Of a stretch of 64,000 nucleotides of DNA, positions 23,498 through 35,962 are shown one piece after another (position 1 is the first letter of the stretch; every line of letters begins with the position of its first letter). The translations under genes were made by a program, and so were the position numbers. The stretch is from Eledone cirrhosa (lineage: Eukaryota), in the NCBI GenBank assembly GCA_964016885.1, contig OZ024742.1:337218001-337282000 (forward strand), read 5' to 3'. The notes below the pieces were generated by a model that was not told the DNA's origin, ran no database searches, and saw nothing but the letters and a program-made list of their open reading frames with translations.

Positions 23498-23850
23498 CTG
23501 GACAAATCTCAAAATTCCTGTTTCACCAAGTTTTGATTTAATTTTAATGATTATCGTGTTTTTAGCTGTTGTTATAACAATGGATGGCCCCTCTCCTTGC
23601 ACACCATAGCAGTTACTAACTATAGTTTGTTCTAGAGATCCATAGTTGTACTTAAGGAAACGTAATTTCATCAAAAATGCTTCACCAAATTCAACATTAG
23701 CAAATCTCCATATATTTATGCGACTATCCTCAGTGAATCTTGCGGTACCATGTTCAGTGATATCAACTCTTTCAATCCCAGCCAAAATATCATTACCACT
23801 TTGATCTGTGAAATCGTCATTGAAATTGTAACTGATGGAAGGTTTACATT
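23498..23850 (-). CDS. Pif/BMSP-like gene exon, LamG/concanavalin-A-like domain (ECKPSISYNFNDDFTDQSGN...INIWRFANVEFG...IVSNC...GPSI...LRFVQ)
   Basis: cccag acceptor, CAG|gtttgt donor, phase 1 to 0, open for 353 nt. CxP....F.....D.SGN and I.RF.N..F..LVSNC motifs are typical of molluscan Pif-like LamG3 domains. Confidence 0.9.
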
Positions 23851-24139
23851 CTGGGAATTAGAAACAAAGGAAGTTAAATGAAGCAAAACAGAGCTGAAAT
23901 TATTCAAATGTTCCATATAAACTATTTAAAAACACTAAAAACTGAACATTGTTCTATACCACATTTAAAGTTACATTACACATTTCTAATTTTCATTTAC
24001 TGCATATTTCAAAACTTAATGAGGAATTCTTCTGCATCTGTTTACCTCTAAGAAACAAGGTTTAATGTTTTAAGCAATGGAAAGTAATGACCCCCTGTTG
24101 GTTTCAACGATGAATGCTCAAAATGTTCAAACAATGAAA

Positions 24140-24871
24140 CAGCCTGCTCATGAAATTAACATTCAAGTATCTGAGTATCTTGTAGACACATCCCCTCAAC
24201 ATAACTCTCAGGGAGATTCAGCTTCACACAGCGTGTAGTAAGGCTGGCCCTCTGAATTACAGGTACAAACAATCCAATGGGCTTCTAAACAGTTCTGTCT
24301 ACACAACTACACTCATAAGGCTTGGGTCAACTCAAGGTTATGGTAAATGACACTTATCTAAGGTGTCACGCAGTGGAATTAAACCCAGTATCTTATGATT
24401 GTAAAGTGAACTTCTTAAGCATTTGGCCATGCTACATCCACAGTTTATATAATAATAATAATGGTTTCTTATATAGGCACAAGGCCAGCAATTTTGGGGG
24501 AGGGAAAAGTCGATTAAATCGACCCAAGTGTGTGACTGGTACTTTATTTTATCGACCCTGTAAGGATAAAAGGCAAAGTTAACCTCAGCGGGATTTTAAT
24601 GAAAATTATTGTGTACAGTGTGCTCAGGTGCACTACAACTCATCAAAGGTGCATGTACAGTACATAGAATAATGTACAAATGTCAAGGAAGTGATCAGTG
24701 TATGAGTCATGATATACACATAGATACATGCATGCATATGTATGGAGGGGAGATATCAGGTGTAGTGTTGGCGAATTTTGAGAGGCATGGAGGTTTTAAA
24801 GGATGCAGTGTCCTGACAGCTAACAACTGATGCAGATAGTTTGTTCCATGCTTCAGCCACTCTGAGCGTGA
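24140..24871 (-). mobile_element. Adjacent minus-strand relics: CORE-like SINE (~24140-24435), tRNA-headed SINE 3' part (~24455-24598) and CR1/L2 3' end (~24598-24871)
   Basis: The latter two match the families described above in reverse complement; the first has a tRNA-like head and CORE-like segment on the minus strand. Confidence 0.7.
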
Positions 24872-25203
24872 TACAATACTAACTTAAGAAAACATGATAG
24901 TTACAATTTCCTATTAGCCATTCCCATCTTTATACACCAGGCACCACATTTTCTAATGTATTCTTTTATATTAAAAATGTTGGATGTGATTTGAAGAAAG
25001 TTTTATTGCTATTTAAACAAGTTGAGTGACCATGTAGGTGTAAAATAGGAGATAGTGGACAAATGAGTTATGAAGTCTAACTTCAGCTTGAATTTCGTCC
25101 ATGGAGAAAAAACTTGGTTAATATGTGTTTTGTTAATTATTTCTATAATTAAATTGATTTAAATTGATTTTAAAATGTTTTTGTTATAATCAGAAAGTTT
25201 TAA

Positions 25204-25408
25204 CCCTTTAGCATTAACATTGCTCTATATTTACTGTTGTATTTTGAGAGAAAAGGCTTTATCTCACATAGTTTCGAATCCTCAAGATTTTGATATTTAT
25301 TTTGAGAACAATACCTTAACATCAATTTGAGTGGCCAGCTACGACTGGTTTGAACAGAAAGAGGTGAGGGAATTCTGGCCGGATATGGTTGGTTTAAATG
25401 CTAAAGGG
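25204..25408. mobile_element. Intact 205-bp piggyBac-type MITE
   Basis: TTAA (25200-25203) CCCTTTAGCATT ... AATGCTAAAGGG TTAA (25409-25412): 12-bp perfect TIR and TTAA TSD. Confidence 0.92.
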
Positions 25409-25428
25409 TTAAACACAAGTAAACTTAC

Positions 25429-25587
25429 CTATGTCTAATATCATGTAATTCTTATCTGTAATGCAAGAACATGCATCCTTGTTAAATACTGAGCCAGGAG
25501 CACATGGACGTGATATAGCTCCAAAGCCCGGAATAATCTGTATGTATGAATGAGGATTGTTTTCGTCAGTTAGTAATGGGCAATCAA
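25429..25587 (-). CDS. Pif/BMSP-like gene exon, degenerate chitin-binding-type module (VDCPLLTDENNPHSYIQIIPGFGAISRPCAPGSVFNKDACSC...)
   Basis: ttttgtag acceptor, G|gtaagt donor, phase 1-1, 159 nt; RPCAPGSVFN..C.C motif. Confidence 0.9.
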
Positions 25588-26204
25588 CTACAAAAGACAG
25601 CAGAAGCCTTTATTGAAACATTAATAAAACTGGGATTTGGGGAAAGTGTTATTTTACACATTCCAACTGTTGTCTTCTCTAGATAAAACTTCAACACATC
25701 ACTGTAATTTATTCATTATAGATACAATTCTGCATTCCTGTTTACTATCCAATCGTGCTATTTTATCATGGGATGTACTGTGATACTAAGAGATCAGAGT
25801 TTTGGTCATACACCCAGTGCAGTACTGTTAATAATGTATGAACTACTGTTGACCATTTTCTGGGAGTCTGATACTCTTCCACCTTAATTTATTGTGAGTC
25901 TTCTTAAGAAGCCAATCTTTTACCAAATGAGAAAGAGAGAGAGAAAGGGAGAGAGAGAGAGAGACCCACTGGGATGGGCCCTTCTCTAGTGGCAAAAGCA
26001 TTAAATATTGTCAAATCTTGCTCATTCTTTGACCTATCCCAGATAGATTTACTAATCGGAAAAATTATACTCAGTATTGCAAGTCAACAAATCACTCTGC
26101 CATTGCTAGGCTACGAACAAACAACCTCTCAACTGTTATTTTTTTAAAATTTGACTGCTCTCAAGAAACTTACCCAAAACAAAATATTACAAATCAATAA
26201 AATA

Positions 26205-26332
26205 TTTCACATGTAGTGTGCACTGTGTAGGCTTCTTTGAGAGGACGAGTGTCTCAGGTTTCACAGCACTGATTTTCATTCCAACCATGCAGCATTCAAT
26301 CAAAACAATCAAGTGCATGTTAAAGATCATAA
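26205..26332 (-). mobile_element. RTE LINE, distal piece of an inverted 5' segment (continues 37400-37668)
   Basis: The minus strand reads DL*HALDCFD..CCMVGMKISAVKPETLVLSKKPTQCTLHVK, the RT region between FADD and FKYLG. Confidence 0.75.
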
Positions 26333-26334
26333 AT

Positions 26335-26394
<60 letters not shown>
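26335..26394. repeat. (TAA)n microsatellite, target of the Dong/R4 insertions
   Basis: ~19 TAA units; further TAA runs at ~30280-30312, ~31643-31655, ~31821-31837 and ~35962-35985. Confidence 0.95.
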
Positions 26395-29300
26395 TAAGAC
26401 AGGCATCGTAGTATTCCCACTAAATGAGGAAGGCATCAAAAGATATAAATAGACTGATTTGATGACCCGGTCAAAAAATCAAAAAACCAAAAATCAAAAT
26501 CAAAACAGCACAGCAGCAACGAAAAACGTAAAAAAAAGGAAAAAGAAAAGAAAAACAAACAGACAGACAAGAAAAAAAAAAAAAAACTAAGTCAGACATT
26601 CAAACATTACATTACAATGAAACTTATGCTTATTTTTTTGGTGGGGGGTTTTACCTATTTGTTTGTTTGTTTATTTATGTTCGTCTACAGCGTGATAGTG
26701 CCACACTAAAATCACCGGGGGTGATGAAATCACCGGTGGTTATGTAACCATACATTCACCAATCCTCGATAAGAGTGTTTAAATGTCGAACCTAAACAGT
26801 TCGAATAACGGTGAAGTGGAGACTGGAATGTCATGTGACAGACTCTCACCCAGCAGGTGCTTCCTGGCTCAGCAGCAGGGACCTGGCTGTCAACCAAATA
26901 CTGCTGGTGTCGGAGGAAGAAGAAGAAGGAAAGGGACCAGAACCAACTGGACGAAAGAATTGAATAGAACTGTTATGCAATGTTACCTGAAGAGTAACCC
27001 CAAGGAAAAAGGCTATAGGAAACGGATGCATAACATCTGGAACGAGATTGGTCTATTTAAATTAGATGAACAAAAATTGACCGGGCAGGCTCGGGTAATA
27101 AGAACTAATGGGTGGATAAGCGAGCTGGAACTGGAGGAACTGAGCAGAGAGATTAGGTTGGAAATGGAGAGTGGAGTATGCCAGGCAAATGAGCCAGTGG
27201 GAAATGAAGGTGAAGAGGTTGAGGGAACAGAGGAACCATCCGAAGCAGACAATGATCTGAATGCTGAAATAAATAATACCTGGAACAGAGATACGGCCAT
27301 TGAGGAGATGAATGCTGACGGGCTAGGACAAGAGTTGGTTTATATCCTAAACTTAGTGGTAGATGAAATGAACAATGATAGTGGGAAACCTATGAACCTA
27401 AGATTTGTAGACAGGAAAAAGTTAAAAGAAACAACAGCTAAGGTAAACAAAGTCATCCCATACCTTGAGGCGAGGAGCCTTCACCAGTCCAACAATATCC
27501 TCAAAGCAACAGCAAATGTGGTGAGGAAATTACTTGGCATAAAAGTGAGAGGAAACAACAAACAAGAAAGATCAGAACCTTGGTGGAAGAAACGACTGAA
27601 TGGTCAAATCAGGGAAATGAGAAATGACATTGGAAAGCTTGAGTCCCTACTAAATGGGACACTAAAAAACATAGACACTAAAAATAGACTGGAAATAAAG
27701 TACAAAACTAGGAGGAAAAAGCTAAATATTATCATAGAGGAACTGAAGCAACGCATTGTAGCAAAGAGTGTAAAAATTAGGCAATACGAGAGCAGAGTCA
27801 GTCAGTATAGACTAAACCGCATGTTTGACAACAACCAGAAGATGTTTGGACAGCTTGAAGGGAAAGAAAGAGGCAACGATTTGATCCCTGAGGCGGAACA
27901 AACTAAGACATTCTGGAGAGGAATATGGGAGCAGGATGTTAAACATAATGACCAGGCAGTGTGGATTGAGACAGTACAAAAGGAGATTAGTGAACAGGCA
28001 CACCAACAAACTGATTTGAGTATCACAGTTGAAACTCTTAAGGGGTAGGCCAAAAAACTAACCAACTCGAAATCACCAGGCCCAGATGGTGTGCAGGGGT
28101 ATTGGATTAAAAATATAACATCCCTCCATCCGAAACTGACAACCATGTTCAATGACTGCTTGATGTCAGGTGAGGTACCAGAGTGGTTGACAAAAGGTAC
28201 CACAGTTCTGGTAATGAAAGACCGAATCAAGGGTAATGATGTTACCAACTATAGACCTATCACATGTCTGTCCGTAATATGGAAACTGTTGACAAGCATT
28301 GTGCCTGAGGAAATCTACCATCACCTGCACACAAACAACTTGTTACCAGACGAACAGAAAGGATGCTGAAAGAAGTCCCGTGGTACAAAGGACCAGTTAC
28401 TTATTGATAAGATGGTAATGAGGAATTGCAAGAGGAGACACACTGGTCTTGCCATGGGATGGATAGACTACAAAAAGGCATTTGACATGGTGCCTCATTC
28501 TTGGATCACCAAAAGCCTAGAGATCTTCAAGGTGGCAGATAACATCAGACAGTTGTTGAGCAAAAGTATGAAGTCCTGGAAAACAGAGTTAACATCAGCT
28601 GGAGAATCCTTGGGAGGCGTGAAGATCAAGAGAGGTATCTTCCAGGGAGATATTCTGTCCCCTCTGTTGTTTGTCCTTGCCCTGATCCCCCTGACCATTA
28701 TACTGCGAAAAGTGAGAGCAGGATACAAGTTGGGAAAGGGAGAGCTTACCATCAATCACCTCCCCTTCATGGACGATCTTAAGCTCTTCAGGAAGAGTGA
28801 GAAGGAGTTGGATGTGCTTTTTGACACTGTCCGTATTTTCAGCAATGATATATGTATGCAATTTGGTATTAGTAAGTGTGGAGTCCTTGTGATGAAGAGG
28901 GGTAAATTGAGCAGAAGCAACAGAATCCAGGTACCAACAGGTGAGATGATAAAGGAAATTGACACTGAAGAAGGATACAAGTATTTGGGTGTTCTGGAGG
29001 CTGATGACATCAAGAACAAAAAAATGAAGGAATTGGTAAGATCTGAATACATTCAGAGAGTAAGGAGCGTATTAAAGTCACATCTGAACAGTAGGAATGC
29101 CATAAGTGCAGTAAATTCCCAAGCTGTGTCTATTATTAGGTACAGTGCGGGAATTCTGAGATGGAATGTTGCTGAACAAAAAGAAATGGATAGGAAGACT
29201 AGGAAGCTATTGACTATCTACAACATGTTCCACAAGAGTGATGTCAATAGACTCTACTTAAGGAGATCTGAAGGTGGAAGAGGTCTTATCAGCATAGAGG

Positions 29301-30279
29301 ACTGTGTTCAGATGGAGAAAAACAACCTACACAAATACGTGACCGATAGTAAGGAGCCAATGCTCAGAATTGTACTGAAGGAGAGGACAATAGACCAGGG
29401 GATGTCCAAGGAGGAAATAACAACAAGGAGAAAGAGCAGCCTTCATGAAAAATCCCTTCATAGTACCTTCTTTGAGAAAACGGAATTCAGAGATCCACAG
29501 ACATGGAACTGATTGAAAAGAGGAGACCTTAAAAAGGCTACAGAAGGAATGCTAATGGCTGCGTAAGAGCAGGCCCTCAAAACGAAGTGGCTGAAACACC
29601 ATATTTACAAGGAGGAGGCTAGCCCACTGTGCAGGATCTGTGGAGGGAGAGAGGAGACTGTGGCTCACATTGTATCCGAGTGTAAACACCTAGCCCAGAC
29701 TCACTATAATGGCTGGAGACATGATGTGATGGGCAGGGTGATCCACTGGCACCTATGCAAAGTAAACAATTTACCACATTCTGAGAAGTGGTATGAGCAT
29801 AAGCCAGAGTCGGTGATAGAAAACGATCAGGTGAAGGTGCTGTGGGATTTTAGGATACAGACGGACAAGAAACTGGAACACAATAGACCTGACCTGGTTG
29901 TTTTGGCCAAGGGAAAAAGATCGTGCCTGATTGTGGATGTGGCCTGCCCATTCGACACGAGAGTGCAAGAGAAGGAGAGGGAGAAAATTAACCGATACCA
30001 CGACTTAAAGTGGGAGATAAAAAGGATTTGGAACTGCCATGAAGTCAAAGTGGTCCCGATTGTGATAGGCACACTAGGTACTATCTCAAGGAGTTTCCAG
30101 GGATGGTTAAAGAAGATTAGTCTAGCCCCACTTTTTGGAACACTTCAAAAGGCATGCTTGTTGGGAACAGCAAGAACCCTCCAATACGTCCTGAATATCT
30201 GAGGCTGCAGGTAGCAGCTTGATATTCATTTCAACAAACTTTCCAGTTAAATAACATCAATGACTGAGACTCAAAGAAC
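26395..30279 (+). mobile_element. Near full-length R4/Dong-clade non-LTR retrotransposon (copy 1)
   Basis: Single frame 26783-30202 (1140 codons) with four in-frame stops and no frameshift. Motifs: N-terminal [22 protein letters not shown] / [13 protein letters not shown] / FMDDLK / [42 protein letters not shown] and RLE RPDLV..IVDVACP..EK..RY. Flanked by (TAA)n. Confidence 0.93.
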
Positions 30280-30315
<36 letters not shown>

Positions 30316-30317
<2 letters not shown>

Positions 30318-31642
30318 TGCGACACCAAAGTCCGTAAGCTACTGACCTGTAATAGGATGCACCACCCAAAAGCAGATGTGGCTCGTCTTTACCTTCCTAG
30401 AACTCAAGGAGGCCTGATCCAATTTTAACTTGCTTACAAGACCACCATCATTGGACTGGCCAAATACCTTGAAACAACTAACGACTGTATGCTGAAACTT
30501 GTTGAAAAGCATGAGAGAAGTAAGAAGCTTCATTCTATCTTGAAGGAGAGCAAAAAATATGCTACTGATCTCATGCTTGATACCTAAGCTGGACAGACTA
30601 AAGAAACTGTTGCAACTGATGCTGCTAGGCACATAAAATCACTGGCAAAAGCAAAAGGGCAAGGACAATTAGCATCAAATTGGGAGCAGAAACCTCTACA
30701 TGGCAAATATGTGGCTCGTAGCAAACAAGCTGATGTTGAACAAAAGCACACCCATCAGTGGCTACATAGTTCAGGGCTAAAGGCGGAGAGTGAAGGCTTC
30801 ATCTTAGCTGCCTAAGATCAAAGCTTATTGACTCGTAATTACCAGGCCAATAGGATGATAAACGGAATAAACCCAAAGTGCCGATTCTGCAATGCTGAGG
30901 TTGAAACAGTGGATCACTTAGTCTCTAGATGGAAAGTTTTAGCACCAGTAGAATACAAATATAGACATGACAGAGTTGGCCAATATCTACACTGGGTAAT
31001 AGGTCGGCATTACAAAATCAAAGCTGAAGACAAGTGGTACAACCATCACCTTGAGGCTGTAACTGAAGGAGAAAAAGTAACAATTCTCTGGGACTTTCCT
31101 GTACATACTGACAGGACCATAAAAGCAAATAGATCTGACATCATTATAAAAGATCAACATAACAAGGTCTGTTTGTTTATAGATATGAGCATCCCATGTG
31201 ATCACAATATCGCGGCAAAAGAATTTGACAAGCTACGAAAAAATAAAGATCTGCTTATTGAAATTGAGAAAATATGGCACCTCAAGGCCGTTACAATACC
31301 AGTGATTGTGGGAGGACTGGGAATGATCAAGAAAGGAACAGAACAATATTTGCGAATGATTCCTGGTTTACCCTCTCTGCACGAGATGCAAAAAATTGTT
31401 TTGACTGGTACTGCACACGTATTGAGAAGAGCACTATCTCTGTAAGATTGATAACCCTTCTTGTATTTACATATGCATATGCACATGTGTATATATGTAT
31501 ACTGTTTTTTTGTTTTTTTAAAAATTATAATCAATGTGCTGTATTAACTGGCTTACCAATGCACACTGTGAATTTATTTGCCCTAGGTGTCAGGAAGACA
31601 CTCTGCATATATCTCAGAAACAATAACGAAAGAAAATAAAAA
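30316..31642 (+). mobile_element. 5'-truncated R4/Dong element of a second family (copy 2)
   Basis: HHPKADVARLYLPRTQGG, GLKAESEGF, CRFCNAEVETVDHL, RHDRVG, RSDII..IDMSIP and VLTGTAHVLRRALS; ends in a TAA run. Confidence 0.88.
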
Positions 31643-31649
31643 CAATAAT

Positions 31650-31815
31650 AATAATTGTTTCTACTTTTGGCACAAGGCCAGCAATTACCCAGTACATTAC
31701 TGGTACTTTATTTTATCGACCCCGTAAGGATGAAAGGTAAAGTTAACCTCGGCGGGATTTGAACTCAGACCGTAAAGGGACATAACTCTCTACCGATACT
31801 GCCAATCCACCACCC
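31650..31815 (-). mobile_element. tRNA-headed SINE between Dong copies 2 and 3
   Basis: Close match to 6445-6632; flanked by AATAAT runs. Confidence 0.85.
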
Positions 31816-31837
31816 CAAACAATAATAATAATAATAA

Positions 31838-34800
31838 GTAAATCTATCTCAGTCAAAAGAAAATTTTGAACATCCCAAAGTTAACAACTACTATGGCACT
31901 GAAGTTCCCTACCAACAATAGAACTCTCCCTCCTCCCTCCGGAAAAAGCCCCAGCACCACCGGCATAGCCAACAACAACAACAGAGGCAACTTCAACAAA
32001 GGCCAAAGGGCTCACATTAAGGAACCACTCATGATAATAACAATTTAAAAAACAAAAAAACCCAGTGACCAATAAATACCGGGATGGCAGCTGGTGGGGA
32101 ATAGCCATGTCTCTAAGGGAGGATGGCCCCTCTAGTCTTGGTTGACACTCGTTCTAGGAGTGATAACACGAAATGATTACCCCTTGGTGGTTAAGGATAA
32201 AACGCAACAAAATAAAGCCAATGTCAAATGATAAAAACTCATCGGCTGTCACCCGGGTCAAAAAGGGCCGCATCCCTCAGAGAGGAACCAGACTGGGGTC
32301 GAAAAAATCAGCTAATGGTTCAAACCTTCCCATCAATTCGGAGCTGGAGACCTCCCATAACTGGAATACTCCTACTGTTGGCCTTCCATGCTCACCACCA
32401 AGAAATCCAAAAAAAAAGAGAGAAAAGTCCTTGAAGCTTTCTACACTGCCATGTACTACCCATCAAATAGACCGAATACAGAACAGACATATATCAACTA
32501 GAAAAAGAAACATCCCGAAAACAGAGGCTATATTGACAGTAACAAACTAGCCAATATACGAAGAAATATTGTTAAGAAAAAGTTACTAACTAATATAGAA
32601 ATTGATCAGATCAAGTAATTAGTGCAAAGTCAGGGAAGGGAAAATGAAACATGTGTCAGTGAAAACAACGTAAATTGTAACACTTTAAATCCCAGGGTCG
32701 GGGCGGAATCACTGACGGCAGAACAAATTAAAGAAAGGATCGAAAAAGTGGAAGGAGTGCATGCTCAAGATGAAACTCAAAATGAAAACAATGAGATCGT
32801 AAATGATAAAGAAATGAATGAGAATGAACTTGCCAACTTGAAGAATGAAATTATGATCGAATGTATAAAAATGAAAGAATCTGACCTGGGGGAACGAGAC
32901 ACTCTCCCTAAGATCCAGAACTCCAAACAAAACCAAAGGATAATACACAAGACTAACATAGCTCTCAAAGACATCATCATCACAAATAAACTAAACATTA
33001 CTGATCTAAATCATCTCTATTATGCATCGGCTAAAGTCACCACTCACTTATGTGGAGTGAAAATGAAAAAACAAAGGAATTCCCACAAGAAACCTACTTG
33101 GCAAGAGAACATCAATCGCCAAATAAACCTTCTCCGATCTGACATAGAAATTTGAGCAAACTACAAAGTAGGTGAACATGTTAAACAAACTAAACTCAGA
33201 AAATTGAAAAGAAAATACAATATAAAATCAACAAGTGACATAAACATGCTGATAGACACAATCAAGCAAAAAGTGTCGGCCAAAGCTGCTCGTATAAGGC
33301 GCTTTGAAAAAGATTCTATGGAGACAATAATATGTTAAAAAACAACCAAAAAAACTCCTACAGAAAAATTGGCAAGTCAACAATAACTGCTAAATCAATA
33401 CCACCCAAGGAGGAAGTGCAAGAATTCTGGGAAAAGATCTGGGCCAAAGAAAAAGTTCATAATATACATGCCCCATGGATAGACAGACAAATGAAAGATA
33501 CAGCTCACCTTGAGGAACAAACATGGGAAAATATAACAGTTGAACATCTGCGTTTAGTTCCTAGAAAATCCAGCAAATGGAAATCCCCAGGGAAAGACAA
33601 AATACCAAATTTTTGGATAAATGTCTTCACAGAGTCTCATGAGCTGTTAGCCCAACTTTACAATGAAATGGTTAAGGAGCCAGAAAAGATACCATCATGG
33701 CTAGTTAACGGCATTACATTCCTACTTCCAAAGAATGATGAGACAAATAATCCCCAAAATTACAGACCGATAACTTGCTTGACCACAATGTATAAAATTT
33801 TAACATCAGTCCTAACTGAATACACATATGATCACCTAATAACAAATGATCTATTTCCCAATGAGCTGAAAAGGGTGTAAACAAGGCTCATATGGCTGTA
33901 AGGATCAGCTTTTGGTTAACAAAATGATACTGGAAGATTGTCATAATAGACACAAAAATCTATCAATTGCATGGATAGATTATAATTATAAAAAAGCATT
34001 CGATAGTTTGCCATACAGTTGGATTGAAAAGTGTTTAGAGATTTTCAAAATATCTCCCGTTGTCAGGAGGTTCCTGTCATTGAGTATGAAAACATGGAAA
34101 ACAACACTCCTTTTGAATAGTGAAACAAAATCACTAGAAGCTGGAGAAGTTAATATTAATTGTGGAATTTTGGAGGGTGACTCTTTATCACTGCTTTTAT
34201 TCTGCATCGCACTTATACCATTAAGTAAAATGCTCAATGAAAACATGGATATAAAGTCTATGACAAAACCATTAATCACTTGTTCTACATGGATAACCTG
34301 AAACTATTTTCAAAAAATGATGAGAACTTGCAAGGGCTACTATCCACTGTGGAGCAGTTCAGTGATGATATTAAAATGGAGTTTGGACTAGATAAAGGTG
34401 CCAAAACAACGTTCACCAGAGGAAAGCTGCTAAAAAGTTCAGACATTAATCTTGATCAGGGGAATGTGATAAGAGAACTTGATCAAGAGGAAACTTACAA
34501 ATATCTAGGTGTTTGTGAAGGAGACGGAATGAAGCACTCGACAATGAGGGAAAGGTTAGGGAAGGAATGTTACCGCAGAGTAAGAGCAATCTTAAGAACG
34601 GAGTTGAATGCTAGGAATAGGATCGATGCCATAAACACGCTTGCCATACCAGTAGTAACCTACAGTTTCAATGTCATCAACTGGTCAAGCACAGAGATCC
34701 ATAGGCTCGATACAAAAATTAGAAAATTCTTAACCATGCACAGAATGCATCACCCTAAGGCAGATATAGATAGAATATATCTCCCTAGGAAAGAAGGAGG

Positions 34801-35961
34801 ACGTGGGTTAATCCAGTTAGATATTGCTTTGAAAACTGCAACAATTCGATTATCTACATATCTAAGGGAATCACGTGATTGGATGATCAAACTCATTTTG
34901 AAACATGAAAGAATCAAAAGATCATACTCCATTACAAAAGATGCACAAAGATACAGTAATGGACTACAAATTTCAGAAGTTCCCTTTACTGTTGAAATGA
35001 AAAACACAGAAAAAGCAAAGCAGGTAAAAGTAACTGCAAAGAAAGAACTGCTACAGAAACTGGCTAAGAAATGGCAAGAAAAGTCTCTGTATGGAAAATA
35101 CTCAGAAAGAGCTAACAATTCTGATGTTGACAAAACTTTAACCCATCAGTGGTTGGCATCCTCTGGACTGAAATCGGAGACTGAAGGACTGATGATATCA
35201 GCACAAGATCAGTGTCTGCCAACAAAAAATTATCAAGCCAACATAATAAAAAATGGATGCAGCCCATTATGCCGTGTATGTAAAAAACAACCGGAGACCA
35301 TTGATCATATAATTTCAATGTGCAGTCCTATAGCCCCAACCAAATACCTAAACAGGCATGACAGAGCTGCACAATACATACATAGGGTAATGTGTAAGCA
35401 TTTTGACCTGCCCATCAAAAGAATTGGTGGGAGTATCAACCACTGGCCACTTGAGAAAAAGATCACATCTCAATCTAGTGGAACTTTAGCATCCAAACAG
35501 ACCGAAAAATAGTGGCAAATAGACCTGATATAATACTGAAGGACTTTAAAAAGAGGGTATGCCTGCTAATCAATATGTCCGTTCCAATAGACAAGAATGT
35601 ATCTATAAAAACATTTGAAAAATTGAGCAAGATAGAAATTGGAAAAATGTGGAAATTGAGAACTAAAACAATACCAGTGGTTGTAGGCGCTCTAGGAATG
35701 ATACCTAAGGGGTCTAAATGATTACTTATCGCAAATCCCAGGAACCCCGCGTATAGAAGAAATACAAAACATAGTACTAATGGGAACTGCCCATATACTA
35801 AGGAAGGTTCTGTCAATATAAATACATTACAGGTCTAAACACCTAAAGATACATGTATGTGTGTATATGTTCTTTCTTGAACATGGCGGACCTTGTTGTC
35901 TCTTGAGGTCACTGGTTGTGACTTGGTGATAACTTGTATGAACATAAAGCAAGATAAATGA
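31838..35961 (+). mobile_element. Near full-length decayed R4/Dong element of a third family (copy 3)
   Basis: Frameshifted ORF pieces 32622-35820: [66 protein letters not shown] and NRPDI; ends in (TAA)n. Confidence 0.9.
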
Positions 35962-35962
35962 A

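Noticed and set aside
32075-32210. HDV-like ribozyme in the Dong 5' UTRs (also ~26685-26780)
   Set aside because: GC-richer hairpins are present, but I could not assign the nested double pseudoknot by eye; an RNArobo/Infernal search is needed.
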